Shown in pieces: positions 26,019 to 38,710 of a stretch of 64,000 bases of DNA (position 1 is the stretch's first letter; each line of letters starts with the position of its first letter). The notes under the pieces are model-generated. The model was not told the DNA's origin. It saw nothing but the letters and a program-made list of their open reading frames with translations, and made no database searches. Source of the stretch: Eledone cirrhosa (Eukaryota); contig OZ024741.1 of NCBI GenBank assembly GCA_964016885.1, positions 350,114,001 through 350,178,000 on the forward strand, in the 5' to 3' direction. The position numbers and the translations under genes were made by a program.

Positions 26019-26240
26019 AGGGCGGTGGATTGGCAGTATCGGTAAAGAGTCGGACGCCATGCTTTGCAACATAAAGTTACGGCCTTTTATGATCTGAGTT
26101 CAAATCCCGCCGAGGTTAACTTTTCCTTTCATCCTTACGGGGTCGATAAAATAAAGTACCAGTAATACACTGGAGTCGATTTAATCGACATTCCCCTCCC
26201 CAAAAATTGCTGGCCTTGTGCCTATATAAGAAACCATTAT
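26019..26240 (+). mobile_element. Full-length tRNA-derived SINE family A (MetaSINE-like central block)
   Basis: A-box tggcagtatcgg, B-box gttcaaatcc, central ctttcatccttacggggtcgataaaataaagtaccag. About 20 more copies, e.g. 33803-33990(-), 36565-36748(-), 40093-40312(+), 40447-40565(-), 43815-44008(+), 45921-46318(-, two), 49500-49720(-), 53851-54025(-), 54245-54465(-), 55124-55300(-), 57835-58260(+, two), 59420-59615(-), 63240-63430(-), 63850-64000(-). The superfamily label is from recall. Confidence 0.9.
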
Positions 26241-26358
26241 TTTTGACACTTTTCCAACGTTCTTTTACACTCTACGTCTCTTTCTACACTTCCTACACAT
26301 CTCTCTCTCCTTATCACCTGATTCTGTTACCCGGAGATTTACCCCAAACGACTATATA

Positions 26359-26403
<45 letters not shown>

Positions 26404-26461
26404 GTACTTCCATATAAATATATATACATATATATATACGAATATATATACATATATGTGC

Positions 26462-26546
<85 letters not shown>

Positions 26547-26775
26547 ATGTACGTATGCATGCATGTATAGACGTAATTAGTATTTGTGAAATTCGCATAA
26601 AGACATCTTGTCTCTACCTGTTTTGTTATGTCGCAATGTGCACAGGAATGAACGGTTACGACATTCATGAGCCGAAACCGTTGTGATTTCCAGAGGTTGG
26701 CAGAGGAGATGGGACTGTCCGTCTTTCTGTTTTTTTTTTCTTTTTACATTTTCTTTGCTTTACACGCCTCCTACT

Positions 26776-26836
<61 letters not shown>

Positions 26837-27595
26837 CATATATACACACACACATACACATATATATATATATGTGTGTATATATATTTATCCTTTAAGT
26901 TGGATGGTTTAACTAAGAGGTAGCTAGGTTTACTTTTTATACATATATCCAGAGCATTGTGTGTAACAGGTGGTTTAACATATAAATGTAATATATGTAG
27001 TAGCTACTTTAGCCGTACAAGGAAAACTATGTGTATGCCTACTCAACATAATTAGTCTCTTCTAATATGAATTACATATGTACCAAGTAGATATAAAATT
27101 CTAGTTATTTGCCCAGATATACACTGTCTTTCTCCACTTTGTCTAGCGTGCGTCTGTGTTGGAGAAGAGTAGGGCGTTTACGTCACACACATTCAATAAA
27201 GTTTATTGCGTGTATGCCTATGTGTAGATACATAGATAGATAGATCTATAGATAGGTAGGTAGATAGATAGATAGAGAGAGAGAGAGATGTAGATAGATA
27301 GATAGGTAGATAGATAGATAGAGAGAGAGAGAGGTAGATAGATAGATAGATAGATAGAGAGAGAGAGGGGTAGATAGATAGAGAGATAGAGAGAGAGAGC
27401 GGTAGATAGATAGATACAAAGAGAGGGGGGTAGATAGATAGATAGATAGATGAATGGCTAGATAGTTCGGTAGGTAGGTATGTAGGTTGGCATATACATA
27501 AGTAGATAGGTACGTAGATATATGTACGCAATGAATGTTTGAATGAATATAGAGATATGTGAGCGCATGAGTGTATGTATATCTATTTGCATGTA

Positions 27596-27642
<47 letters not shown>

Positions 27643-27944
27643 ATGCGAGCGCGGTGTATGTGCGTGCGCGCGCGTGGTGTGTGTGTGTATGTGTGACTAT
27701 TTGTGAATGTATCATCTCCAATATGACTACTTCTGATTTCTGTTCTGTGACATTCATTGTAAAGCCACACCTTGTGGAGCTATGACATATTACGCAGATT
27801 GGGAGAATCGGTTGAGAATCAGAAAGTATGATTTGTGACATGTAGTTACGGCCACTTACGTTCTAATTTTAAATCCTGTCGGGTTGCTTTTCATCCTTTT
27901 GGGGTTGATAAATTAATGTACCAGTTAAGTACTGGAGTTAATAT

Positions 27945-28200
27945 CATCATCAGGATCCAGTGGCCTCAGCCAAAATGGACTCAACAATTGATCTCCCCGT
28001 GAGTCTGTTGTTCATTGCCGTTGCCAAGTCCTGGATTTCAATACCATAATCTCTGGAGATGACATCAGGGTAGGAGAGCTTGCGCCCCCTGTTATTAGTG
28101 ACTGTTTGTGGTTTCCAAAGCACTAATGGGGACGCAGCTTCGTAGGTGGCTCGATGGCAGTGACCAGCAAATCTTACTCTCCTCTTATGTACGACAGATA
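27945..28200 (-). mobile_element. 5'-truncated RTE-type LINE inserted into a SINE A copy
   Basis: RRVRFAGHCHR...YPDVISRD; (GAT)n tail; 12-bp TSD tggagttaatat at 27933-27944 and 28201-28212. Confidence 0.87.
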
Positions 28201-28367
28201 TGGAGTTAATATAACCGACTTCACCATTCCCTCAACTTGCAGGCCTTGTGCCTAGATTAGAAATAATTATAATCCCCAGCTTCATACCATCACCACTATC
28301 ATAATCACCATCATCATAATCAGTAGCAACTGCAACATATATATAGCAATGTAAAACATACCCATAG

Positions 28368-28457
<90 letters not shown>

Positions 28458-28608
28458 TGTTATATTAATTAGCAGTAACACTGACACAGCATGATTCAGA
28501 AAATATGTGTATGAGGAAGCATATACAACATATTTATGTTTGATAAATATACATAAATCCCGCAGCTACCTTGGTAACGTGTGAGATTTCAGAATTTTGA
28601 ATCCATAA

Positions 28609-31400
28609 TTAGTAACGTTTTTTCGTTGTTTTCTTGATCGGAAATACCTTTGATAGGGAGTTAAAAGCCTCACATGCCTTTCCTATCCTGGTGGCCACAT
28701 CGTGCTCCGTGTTCATAAAACTGCCAACGTATAAGAAGTCATCCACTTCCTCAATCTCCGAACAGTCAAGCGTACGCTCTGGAAGACAATTGGTATTAAT
28801 GTTAGTCACAAGTATGAAAATACACAATGTGTCCGAACACGGAAGAGCCGAACTCCCACCGTATCGCCCCCATCTCTCTCGCCCTCCTCCATCTCTCTGT
28901 ATAGTGAGCAAATGGGGTCCCACAGCCTCGGCGGACAGAATGGAGAAGGCGTTTCCCTGGAGGATGGTAAGGGAGATGCGCTGGAAGAGCCATTAATTTG
29001 TTTATTTGACGTTGTAATGAGTTGAATTTTGTTTTGTCAACATCCAGGAAGAATCCAATGGACTGCATTGCAGTTTCGTCTCTGTAACATATCCTCAGCT
29101 TCTTTGCAGGCATTTTCCAGGCGAGCTATGTCATCTGCGAAATCCGATTCAGGTAAAACTTCCACCGTATGTCGGGTAATTTGTCGACATTATCCCGGCT
29201 GATGGTGCAAACGTATTACACAGTGCACAATCAGAGCATATCACAAAAAGGAAAGAGGCCAGATGATCTCCTTAGAGGGTTCCGGTATCAATGGATATTA
29301 TGTCTGGGTTTTCTTTCGGGTTTTATTTGAAGTGCTGAATTATGCTCATATATGACTTTAATTGCATTCACGATCTAATGAGGTATCCCATACGCAGGAA
29401 GAACTTTAAGCATCTTCTTTTGGTCGATCGAATCAAAAGGTTTCTTGAAATCTATGAATGCAATTGCTTTCTCGTTTTTGTGATTCCGTATCTCCTTTAC
29501 AATCCTTCTTAGGGCCAAGATGTGCTAGGTAGTAAAACAAAATGGCCGAAATCCATTTTGGCTGGAACGTAGTATGTTGTCGATACATGGTCTGATCCTA
29601 TTCAAGAACATTCTATTGTAAGTCTTTGCTACAATTTGCGTAAGACTGATGCCCCTATAGTTGGTGCAGCTGGTAAGGTTATCTTTCTTGTGTATTGATA
29701 CACTTCCTGGTATTCCCCATACCCCAGGCATGTTCCTTTCAAGGGTTTCAATGCAGAAATCTCTTACAAAGTTGCGAGCTAAGAGTAGTTTCCATAAGTC
29801 TATAGTTAGGCCATCAAGTCCAGGAGCTTTGCCAGGTTTCATTGACTTTAGTGTATTGTCCACTTTTTCAAATACTGCGTCAATCGTTACGTCTGGCTCA
29901 CAATGGTTGACAGCTGATAGGAGATCGTGAAAGCCCTCCCTCCAAGTTACAAGGCGGTCTTCCTCTTGGATATATATCACATTCTTCCACTTCTTCTTAC
30001 CAGAAAGTTGTTTTTTTATCAGTCTCCAAGATTCTCTTGGTATGTTGTTACTATTCTCAACATCAGCCAGGGTTTGGTTGATTCTTTCATCCTCCAAATT
30101 GTCGAAAGTATTCTGATGATGATGTACATCTGAAACTGAAGATTTGAGGGTGTCGCTTCTGACTGTAACCATTGTTGCACTTTTCACAGTTGGTGTGATT
30201 CGACAGGGGCGTCATGGTAGGATTTTCGCACCCATTTCATTACAGATGGACAGAAATGAAATATAATGTTTCTCTTCAGCTGGCAAGGATTCACATTTAT
30301 CACCAATTGAGTGTCAATTGTTCTTGCAAGATTGATATCTTCCCTTAGTGCCCTCCAGTAAAGCTGTTTCTTACTGAATCACCTCTTTGAGCGATGAGTG
30401 AGTTTAACTTTGACTGCGATGTTGTTGCTTTCACTCTCTACGACTGTATGAATGTTGTTTCTCCACCGTTTCCTGTAAATGATAAAATCAAATTGGAAAA
30501 GATATCCAGCTAAGTGTCTCCAAGTCCACAGTTTCCGTTTCCGTTTCTGGAACGTAGAATTCCCAGGATTTTATATTGATGTAGAAACTCTTCAAGAAAT
30601 ATGGCGTTTAAGTTAGTATTCTTGTGGTATGAAACTTTGCCTCTAATTTGTGCGTCGAAATCTCCTCCAATAATTAGCATGGTATGAGGGGCTACTTCAG
30701 AATCAGTGATGGTAAAACTGTTCTAATTCCTCTCCCGGTAGGTGATTGTGGAGTGAAAACTTGTAACAAAAGTGTTGGGATTATCCTTGTCTACTGCGGT
30801 GACAATCAGGTCATTGAGCTTAATTACCTTTGTAAGTAGAGGAAGGAGATGTGTTTGTACTGTCAAACCTACTCCTCCGATTGCAGCACCAATGCAATTT
30901 GTTTATGCTGATGCAGTAAACAGAGTTCTCTTGCCGATGTTATGGGCGATTATATCTGGATCGTTTTCTTCGTGGATAAATTGGTGTTCTTCAACACATG
31001 TAATCACAAAGTTATAAGTTTTGATATGCATGTTGAGCTCCTGACAGGAAAAGTAGGATGTGAGTGAGCAACAGTTTAAAGAGCCAAAGGCGTATGGTCT
31101 CTTTCGTCGAGATAGTCTCCTCTTAGTTCAGACATCGGAGGATGGTCGTCCAGTCGGATTTTAAAACATCATCTTCATGGAGCTTGTTCAGGACCATGCA
31201 GGGATGGAAAATCACGGGCTCTAACATTGAAGCTATTGTTTGTACCAGTCATATTTTCTGTTAGCAGAAATATTGTGATGACATCACAGGATTCTCTTAG
31301 ACGCAGTATTCCATTGATGGAGGCAGAGTTCCCTTATAGTTGACCCAATAGCTGGTTACTTCGCTAGGCGAAGAAGTATTGAAAACTGATACAACTGTTT
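28609..31400 (-). mobile_element. Heavily decayed RTE/RTE-X-like LINE
   Basis: IIGGDFDAQI (APE), KAPGLDG, NYRGISL, SQNGFRP, EEVDDFLYVGS, RIGKA; many indels. Confidence 0.85.
28810..28994 (-). mobile_element. CRE-clade 3' fragment nested in the RTE
   Basis: WLFQRISLTILQGNAFSIL; similar to 58708-58783. Confidence 0.75.
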
Positions 31401-31809
31401 ATTGGTGTTCGGTTTTCAGCACAATCATCAAGAAAACAACGAATATGAGGCTATTCAAAGAAACGGTCTATTCTCCTCTACGACATTAGACATTCTCCTC
31501 ATGGACATTAGAAAAACACTCACAAAGAGGATTAATAGCACATTCTGAGAAAGTTCCAGAACATATCCTGGAAAACACACGTAACAAATAAATCGCTCTC
31601 ACACTCTCATCTTTCTGACATTATAAGACATAAGATTTATGGAGATATTCATTGGCTACTAGTTCAGCCAAAATAAACAAATACATCATGTTCTAATATT
31701 GAGTACTTCTCCTGAGCATTAAATATAACGGATCTCTCCCTCCTGCGTCTCTTGCTCTCTCTCTCTCTCTCTTTATCTCTCTCTCTCATATATATATATA
31801 TATATGCGC

Positions 31810-31852
<43 letters not shown>

Positions 31853-31992
31853 TGTCTCTCACACATTCTGTCTCACAAAAGGTGACAGTTGCGCCTACGA
31901 GAGATAAGGGGCTCGTTTCTTCCAATACTTTAAAACGCAAACGTTTGTGTGTTTATATATCTATATCTATAACTATCTACCCCCCCCCCTCA

Positions 31993-32030
<38 letters not shown>

Positions 32031-32280
32031 GATTAAATGTTTTAAACACTCTTTGATTGTTATTTATGTGTATATATATATATATAGAAGTACAGCATAT
32101 TCGAAGCTCGAGTCGCAGCTAAGCCGACGAATGCATTCAGCAGTGCAGCCAAGCACTCGACAAGGTATAACATCTCAGAGTAATAACATACAGTTTAAAG
32201 GGCTTTGCAAAATGAAGATAGCTACCGGTAATCCAGCCGCGTGGTCTGTAGCAACGAAAGAACTGACTCGTGGGAAAAAA

Positions 32281-32317
<37 letters not shown>

Positions 32318-32318
<1 letters not shown>

Positions 32319-32660
32319 AAATAAAGTTAAATAAAAAGTCAAATGTTTAAAATTTAGCTTCGTTTATTACTGCTATATATATTTCGGTGACAGCCATCTT
32401 TGGGTTGTTATTTCACCGAGGAACTGGAATCATATGATATGATTCCAGTTCCTCAGTGAAATAACAACCCAACCAGGAACTGGGCATATAAGAGTATTGA
32501 CAAAATTATACACCTCAACAACATATGTACTTGTCTATACCACACTAATTCAGACTGCCTGAAGAAGTCACAGCCAAAGATAGCTGTACCGAAATATATA
32601 TAGCAGTAATAAACGAAGCTAAATTTTAAACATTTGACTTTTTATTTAACTTTATTTTAC
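32318..32660 (+). mobile_element. Penelope-like pLTR module with inverted terminal copy and internal hairpin
   Basis: 32318-32403 is the reverse complement of 32574-32659; near-perfect hairpin at 32400-32472; contains a hammerhead motif. Confidence 0.82.
32554..32607 (+). ncRNA. Type I hammerhead ribozyme motif
   Basis: ACUGC-CUGAAGA-ag-uc-ACAGC-caaagaua-GCUGU-acc-GAAAU-AUAU-AUA-GCAGU, followed by AATAAA. Confidence 0.8.
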
Positions 32661-33020
32661 ATTACTCCGGAGTAACCAAACCAACCTGCGCACTTCGTCG
32701 AGTGCTCCGGCCTGCATACTAAGGTGTTGGTATACAACCAACATATACTCAAAATCTATATATATATATATATACTTATATATATAAAAAGAAATTCAAA
32801 CACTCATATATGAAAAAACAACCTGATCCCCCCCCCCCCCCCCTGTTTGAGGAACTTTGTAACGCTAACTGGCGCGAAATTTATTATAATTATTGACCAA
32901 CCAATCAAATTACTTCTCTAAAAACCTGGCTTTTTGAGCCACTTTTTTCCATATAAAACAAGTAACATTCAAAGACCAACCAGATGTGAGAAAAACCCCA
33001 GACCCTCCATCTCAACTCTA

Positions 33021-33056
33021 CTTTTGAAAAGCAGAAGAACTGCGAAACCGGTAAAG
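33021..33056 (+). ncRNA. Minimal hammerhead motif, U3-A8 variant
   Basis: CUU-UUGAAAA-GCAG-aagaa-CUGC-GAAAC-CG-GUA-AAG, inside an about 140-bp repeat shared with 43253-43383. Confidence 0.72.
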
Positions 33057-33190
33057 GAACCAAATAAATATATATATTTTTTTTTAAATAAGACTCCAGT
33101 TGCATTTTCGATTTCATCTTTTTTTCTTTATACTTTCACTCGTGTAGGACACCTCGGTTATTTCTCATTCTGTAAAAAAAAAAACCTCAC

Positions 33191-33312
<122 letters not shown>

Positions 33313-34863
33313 AACTCTCCGTCTCCAGGAGTATTTTACAGGATTTTGTCAACTATTATTATTTGTAGCGCTCAACTATTTTAGTCATTTACGTTGGAAG
33401 GATTACATTTTAAATTTCAAATTTTCCTAATGTTTTTTAAATATACGTGTGTGTGTATGTGTCTGTGTGAGTGCGTTTGTGTGCGCGTGTGCATGCATGT
33501 ATGTGTTTGCAGTATGGTGTAGTTCCAACGGTGAGCTAGGCCGTTTTAACTTGGGCTACGCAAGTTTCACATACACTCAAGCATATGTGCATGCACATCC
33601 ATAATCATATAGATGCACGCACACACACACACATGTAGATGTACGGCAAAAATCGACCTCAGCACGGAACAAGGCTACAGATAAAGGACTATGTAAAATC
33701 TTAGAAAAGAAAAGCTTCTGGTTGACAACTTTAGATATTTGATTAAATGGTGGTACGGAGGTTTATGGTAAAAAAAATTAATAATAATAAATAATGATAA
33801 TAATTGTTTCTATTTTTGGAACAAGACCAGCAATTACCCAGTGCATTACTGGTACTTTATTTTATAGACCCTGTAAAGATGAAAGGTAAAGTTAACCTAG
33901 GCGGTATTTGAACTCAGAACGTAAAGGGCCATAACTCCTATTCTGAAAAGCATGGTGTCTGACGCTCTACCGATACTGCCAAACCACCTCTCATACAGAG
34001 TTAAATCGACCTGCATGAAAACATACAATTTATAAAATAGATGGAGTCAGTTTGGGTTGTAACACTTGCCTCCTCTAAGACTAGTCTCACTAGTTACCAA
34101 GCTTTAAGTCAAACAGAATGTTCCCTACCTACAGTATGTTCAGGATAATAGATTGCGCACCACAGCAACTGTGGGATGAGTGTATTAAAAGTGTGTACTT
34201 CAGCATGCGTACTATATACTTATACTTTGACGCTAAACTCCACCAGTTGCAGATATTTTTCTCCACATAATTCTATCACCAGAGTTTAAAGAGCAAAGAT
34301 CACGTCCAGTCCATGGGTTGACATTATCAAGCCATCGTTTTGGCTGCCGGTCTCTGCTTCTCCGACCAGCCAACCTCTCTTCCAGGCATAATCTACTCAC
34401 ACCACGAGTTGATCAGCATGCATATAGATCTTTATTTGCAGAGACTAGCAAAAGATATATAGGCATTGGCGTGCAGATAGAGGAGCAGATGGTGCGAAGA
34501 CCCCGGGCAACCTCACCAAGGCTGGTTGGTGGTTGAGACATCCAACTAAAGAATCATTCAGAATCCTCGATTCAATATGGCTACTAAGCACGATACTAAC
34601 TTAGATTTCAAAAGCATGTATGTGTGCGTGTGTAACAGAGAGTGTATCTGTGTGTATGCGCGTATATATGTATGCGTACGTGTGTGCAGTGTGCATGCAT
34701 GCATATACGTTCATACTTGTGTGCACGCGTATCTCTCTCTCTGCCTTTGTGTACTTGCCATATATGTGTATGTCTGTCTCTCAATGTTCTATCTATATTT
34801 TAATCAATGTGTATTTTTATACGCATTTTTTTTGTCTTTCTATCAATGTGTGTGTGTGTTTTA

Positions 34864-34901
<38 letters not shown>

Positions 34902-35576
34902 AAATCTATGTCAGTGTGTTTATGTTTTTATCTATCCATCTTGTGTGCTTACGCGCGTATTTTTGTGTGATTGTGTATGTGGACGTGTATGTGTGTGTAT
35001 GTACGTGTATATGTGTGTGTGTGTGTGTGTATGTACGTGTGTGTGTGTGTGTGTGTATCTATCTCTATCAATCCATCTATCATACATTTCCCCCACTGAC
35101 TACTGCTGACACATTAGCCCCTCTCATGTCTGACCAGTGAGCTGTGAAGGATAGTTAGCTGCAATGCTATCATCTGTACCATCTTAAATTACATAGCTGT
35201 CATGCGTGGATGTCCTTTCACCTGACCCTAAGCTACCCTACTTGTTATATACTCTTGTTGATATGAAAATAAAAGACAGAACTAGGAAAAATATATATAA
35301 ATAAAGAATGAAATAAACACAAATAGTGAGGTTTCAATTTATATAAATACTGAAAATAGCTACAACATTGATAGTAGTTTTAACTGCGACATTCAGCAAA
35401 TCTCTACCCTGTAATAATATACTTTAAGTGTGAAAGAATTGAGCGAGATAGAATAAGACTTTTTTTTTTTTTTTACTAAGGAGGTTTAATAAGTCTAAAA
35501 CATGTACGGACGTACCAAATTTTAGATTTTCTCTCAATTACACCTTTACATTCAATTTTAGATTAATCTTAATTTA

Positions 35577-37221
35577 TCTATATATAAAACAGAGGATGTT
35601 TGTCTGTCTGTGTAAATCCCTAAAACTCGAGAAGTACCCGACCAATTATTTTCAAACTTTACACATGCGTTACTTATATTTCTTGAAGTGCAATAGGCTA
35701 AAACGATTTTAACTTTTTCTTACCTAGGGCCTTAGGTGAAAAACCGCATTTTAAAGGCATTTTTAGGCTTTGTTGAGGCGTAACCTAAAGATAATCCAGC
35801 CGATTTCCTCGAAATTTGCAGCACACATTAGTTAGTCCCCTCGCATTGCTGTGGATGAAACAAATTTCCGATTCCATTAATGGTTTCTAGGAAATTTACG
35901 AATTAGCATTGGGCATTACATGCCATTTTCGTTTTCAATATAAACGCTACTTAAACATCGTAAGTAACGTATAATAGTTCGTTAAAAATTTGGTTTATTT
36001 AACAGACACAACACTTACTTACTTTTAAGCAGGACCCTTTTCGAGGAATTGAGGAAATGAGGAGGACCTTAATTTTTTTGTCGGCGCCCTGTTGATGGTG
36101 ACCCTAATAGTAACTCCGAAGCGTTCGGCATCCGATATAACAGTTCGGTCTATATCAGATTGGGTAGATTTACGAAGAGGCTATGGTATCCTGTGGAGAA
36201 AGCACATGCTGTGCGGTTGATGACATGTCTTACTCAAGCATTGCAGGCTTTACTCTGTACAGTGTGCATGCAGGTGCAATAGACATAACTGATGATGTCT
36301 GTCCGGATGACTGGGTGCGAATCTATAAAACTCGAAAAGTACCTAACCGATTCTCTCTAAATGGAAGAAAAATCATACTCTAAGATTTAGTACGCATAAA
36401 GAGTATCCAGCTGATTTTCTTCAGATTTTGCACATGCATGCAGATGTTTCACGATTCGGGCCTGCTGGTGTTCTACGTTTCCAGTAGATGAACAATAATT
36501 TTTCGCTCTAACATAGCGGATTACATAAATGTATATATGGGTTATATCGAATAGTAATAATAATAATTGTTTCTACTTTTGGCACAAGACCAGCAATTAC
36601 CCAGTGTATTACTGGTACTTTATTTTATCGACCCCGTAAGGATGAAAGGCAAAGTTAACCTCGGCGGGATTTGAACTCAGAATGACAAGGGCCGTAACTC
36701 TATGCGTCAAAGCATGGCGTCCGACCCTCTACCGATACTGCCAATCCAATAATAATAATGATTTCATTTATTGGCTACAAGGGCCAACATGTAGGGGACA
36801 ATGCAAAGACACGGACAGTGGGGGTTTACAATAAGCTCGAGTTAAAGTGCACAATGCCAAGACTAATTTAACAATGAAAAAAATATAAAATAAACTATGC
36901 ATAAATATAACAAAATAAATTCCCCAATAGGGGGGGGGGCACCCAGAGGGGACTCAAGTACCCCACCAATCCTGAACCTTCTAGGTCACTCGGGGAGGGC
37001 ACCCTCTTTTCCTCAAGTTAGCCAGCCTATAGGCGCATGGTCAGAGTAGGTCCACTCGCACGAGCCATTCTCGCCATATTCAGCCACCCTTTAGCAAATG
37101 TACTGGGAGGCAGCTCTTCTCTCTCCACCATCACCTTCCTTTCCAGGTGAAACTTGAAGAAGTTGTTGAGGGATTGACCGAATATTAGATTCGTTTGCAA
37201 GCAAACGGCCTCATTACGCTA
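35577..37221 (+). mobile_element. Probable non-autonomous Helitron with nested SINE and Tx1 fragment
   Basis: 5' A|TCTATATATAAAA; candidate 3' hairpin cgtttgc-aa-gcaaacg at 37192-37207 followed by GCTA(T), an imperfect CTAG. Confidence 0.5.
36748..37181 (-). mobile_element. Tx1 3' fragment with (ATT)n tail
   Basis: GQSLNNFFKFHLERKV...SGPTLTMRL* is similar to the C-terminus at 2500-2654. Confidence 0.88.
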
Positions 37222-38099
37222 TATTTTGTTTTTAATGACCATCGTCACCCGTTTATTCAACAGTTGCATCGAGAAACAGCCAACATGTTTCTGGGTTATT
37301 TCCCTTCACCAAAACTGTATACTTCTCTGCTACTCGATTGAACTGTTGAAAATATGTAGTATTTTTTAAGTATACATCGGCTGATTAGCCGCATTTGCAT
37401 ACCGAGCAATTTATTAATGTATATTTCAGACTTATCTATTCTGCCATTCTTCACCGCAATTAATCATTAACATAATAGCTTTTCCTCCTTACCACTGGTG
37501 TAATTTTAATTAATTATAAAATTGTTTGGCTTACTACATTAAGCATAATAAAACCGTCTTAACAAACATAACCTAAGCTTAATATTCTTTGCCAAGAATT
37601 TTATGATTTAATTTACTTAGTGTTTTTCTTGTTAATAATCTGGCAAATTTACAGACAGTCTACCTTTCGATATGGAACCTTTAAAAGTGGCCAAATGCGT
37701 CCAGAGTTGTCTCCCATATTTACTAATGAAAACATAACACTACCCATTGACTATGTTGATTTTTTCTTTTACCACATTTTTAGCCCTTTAATGTTCTAAT
37801 CATTTACATGTGTTCTCGCTTACACAACTGTCTACGTATCATATGGATGGCTTTCAAAACAAATTTAATCTGCCAGAATTTCTGTTACTACATGCCAACA
37901 CTGTTTGTTCATTGTTGTTTCGGTAGGTTACAGAGGCACTACGTTTGAATGAGAGACTACCATTTTTTCAATAGTATTTTAGTAGTTGAGAGAGAACTGT
38001 ACTTCCGAGATTGTCTCTTGTATTTGATACAGAAAAAGTGCAATTGTGTGTATCTATATGTATCAATCTATCTATCATACATTCCCGATATCATGCCGG

Positions 38100-38710
38100 T
38101 TGGTTTTTACCCATAAAATCTGTCCAGCGATTCTTTCTTGAAACATTCTGACCACATGTCTGTAGTATCGGAGCTGTGATCTCACAATTTGGAGAAGTAG
38201 TAGTTCGGCCTGAAGTGGCTCCCTATCGAGTAACGTTACTCCAAAGACCCTTCGAAGGAACTAAATTTCGGCCGTTTGTATTTGCGATCATTTCTTTTGG
38301 ACATGAGCCAAGATTTATGACTATAGGTTATGGGTTGTCACGAATACCGATTTGAAGATCGCGTGTTCGGATTTACACCTACCTCCTTTCTTCTGATTAC
38401 CGAATGCTGAAACTGGCGCATTTCTGCACCTCATCCAGCCTTATCTCATTCATCACGCGTGAACACGATCCCGAGATACTTTAAACATCTCCACCTGCTT
38501 CAGTGGAACTCCATTTTCATGTAGAGTGCAATGCAGAGGCTCCATTGAGATGACGTGTCCCAGTCTTCACAGCACTGATTTTCATTCCAGTCGTGCAGCA
38601 CTTGGGAGCAACCGATCAAATGCATGTCGGTGATCACTTTTTGACGAGTTAAGTAATACGACATTGTCTGCAAATTCCAGACGACTGCTCCTACATCCAC
38701 CAATTTTGAT
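38100..38710 (-). mobile_element. Decayed RTE (Expander-like) RT fragment
   Basis: GVPLKQVEMFK-YLGIVFT remnant near 38455-38515. Confidence 0.6.

Noticed and set aside
26641-26685. Hammerhead-like GAAAC-C-GUU with a stem II candidate
   Set aside because: No CUGANGA or UUGANAA box.
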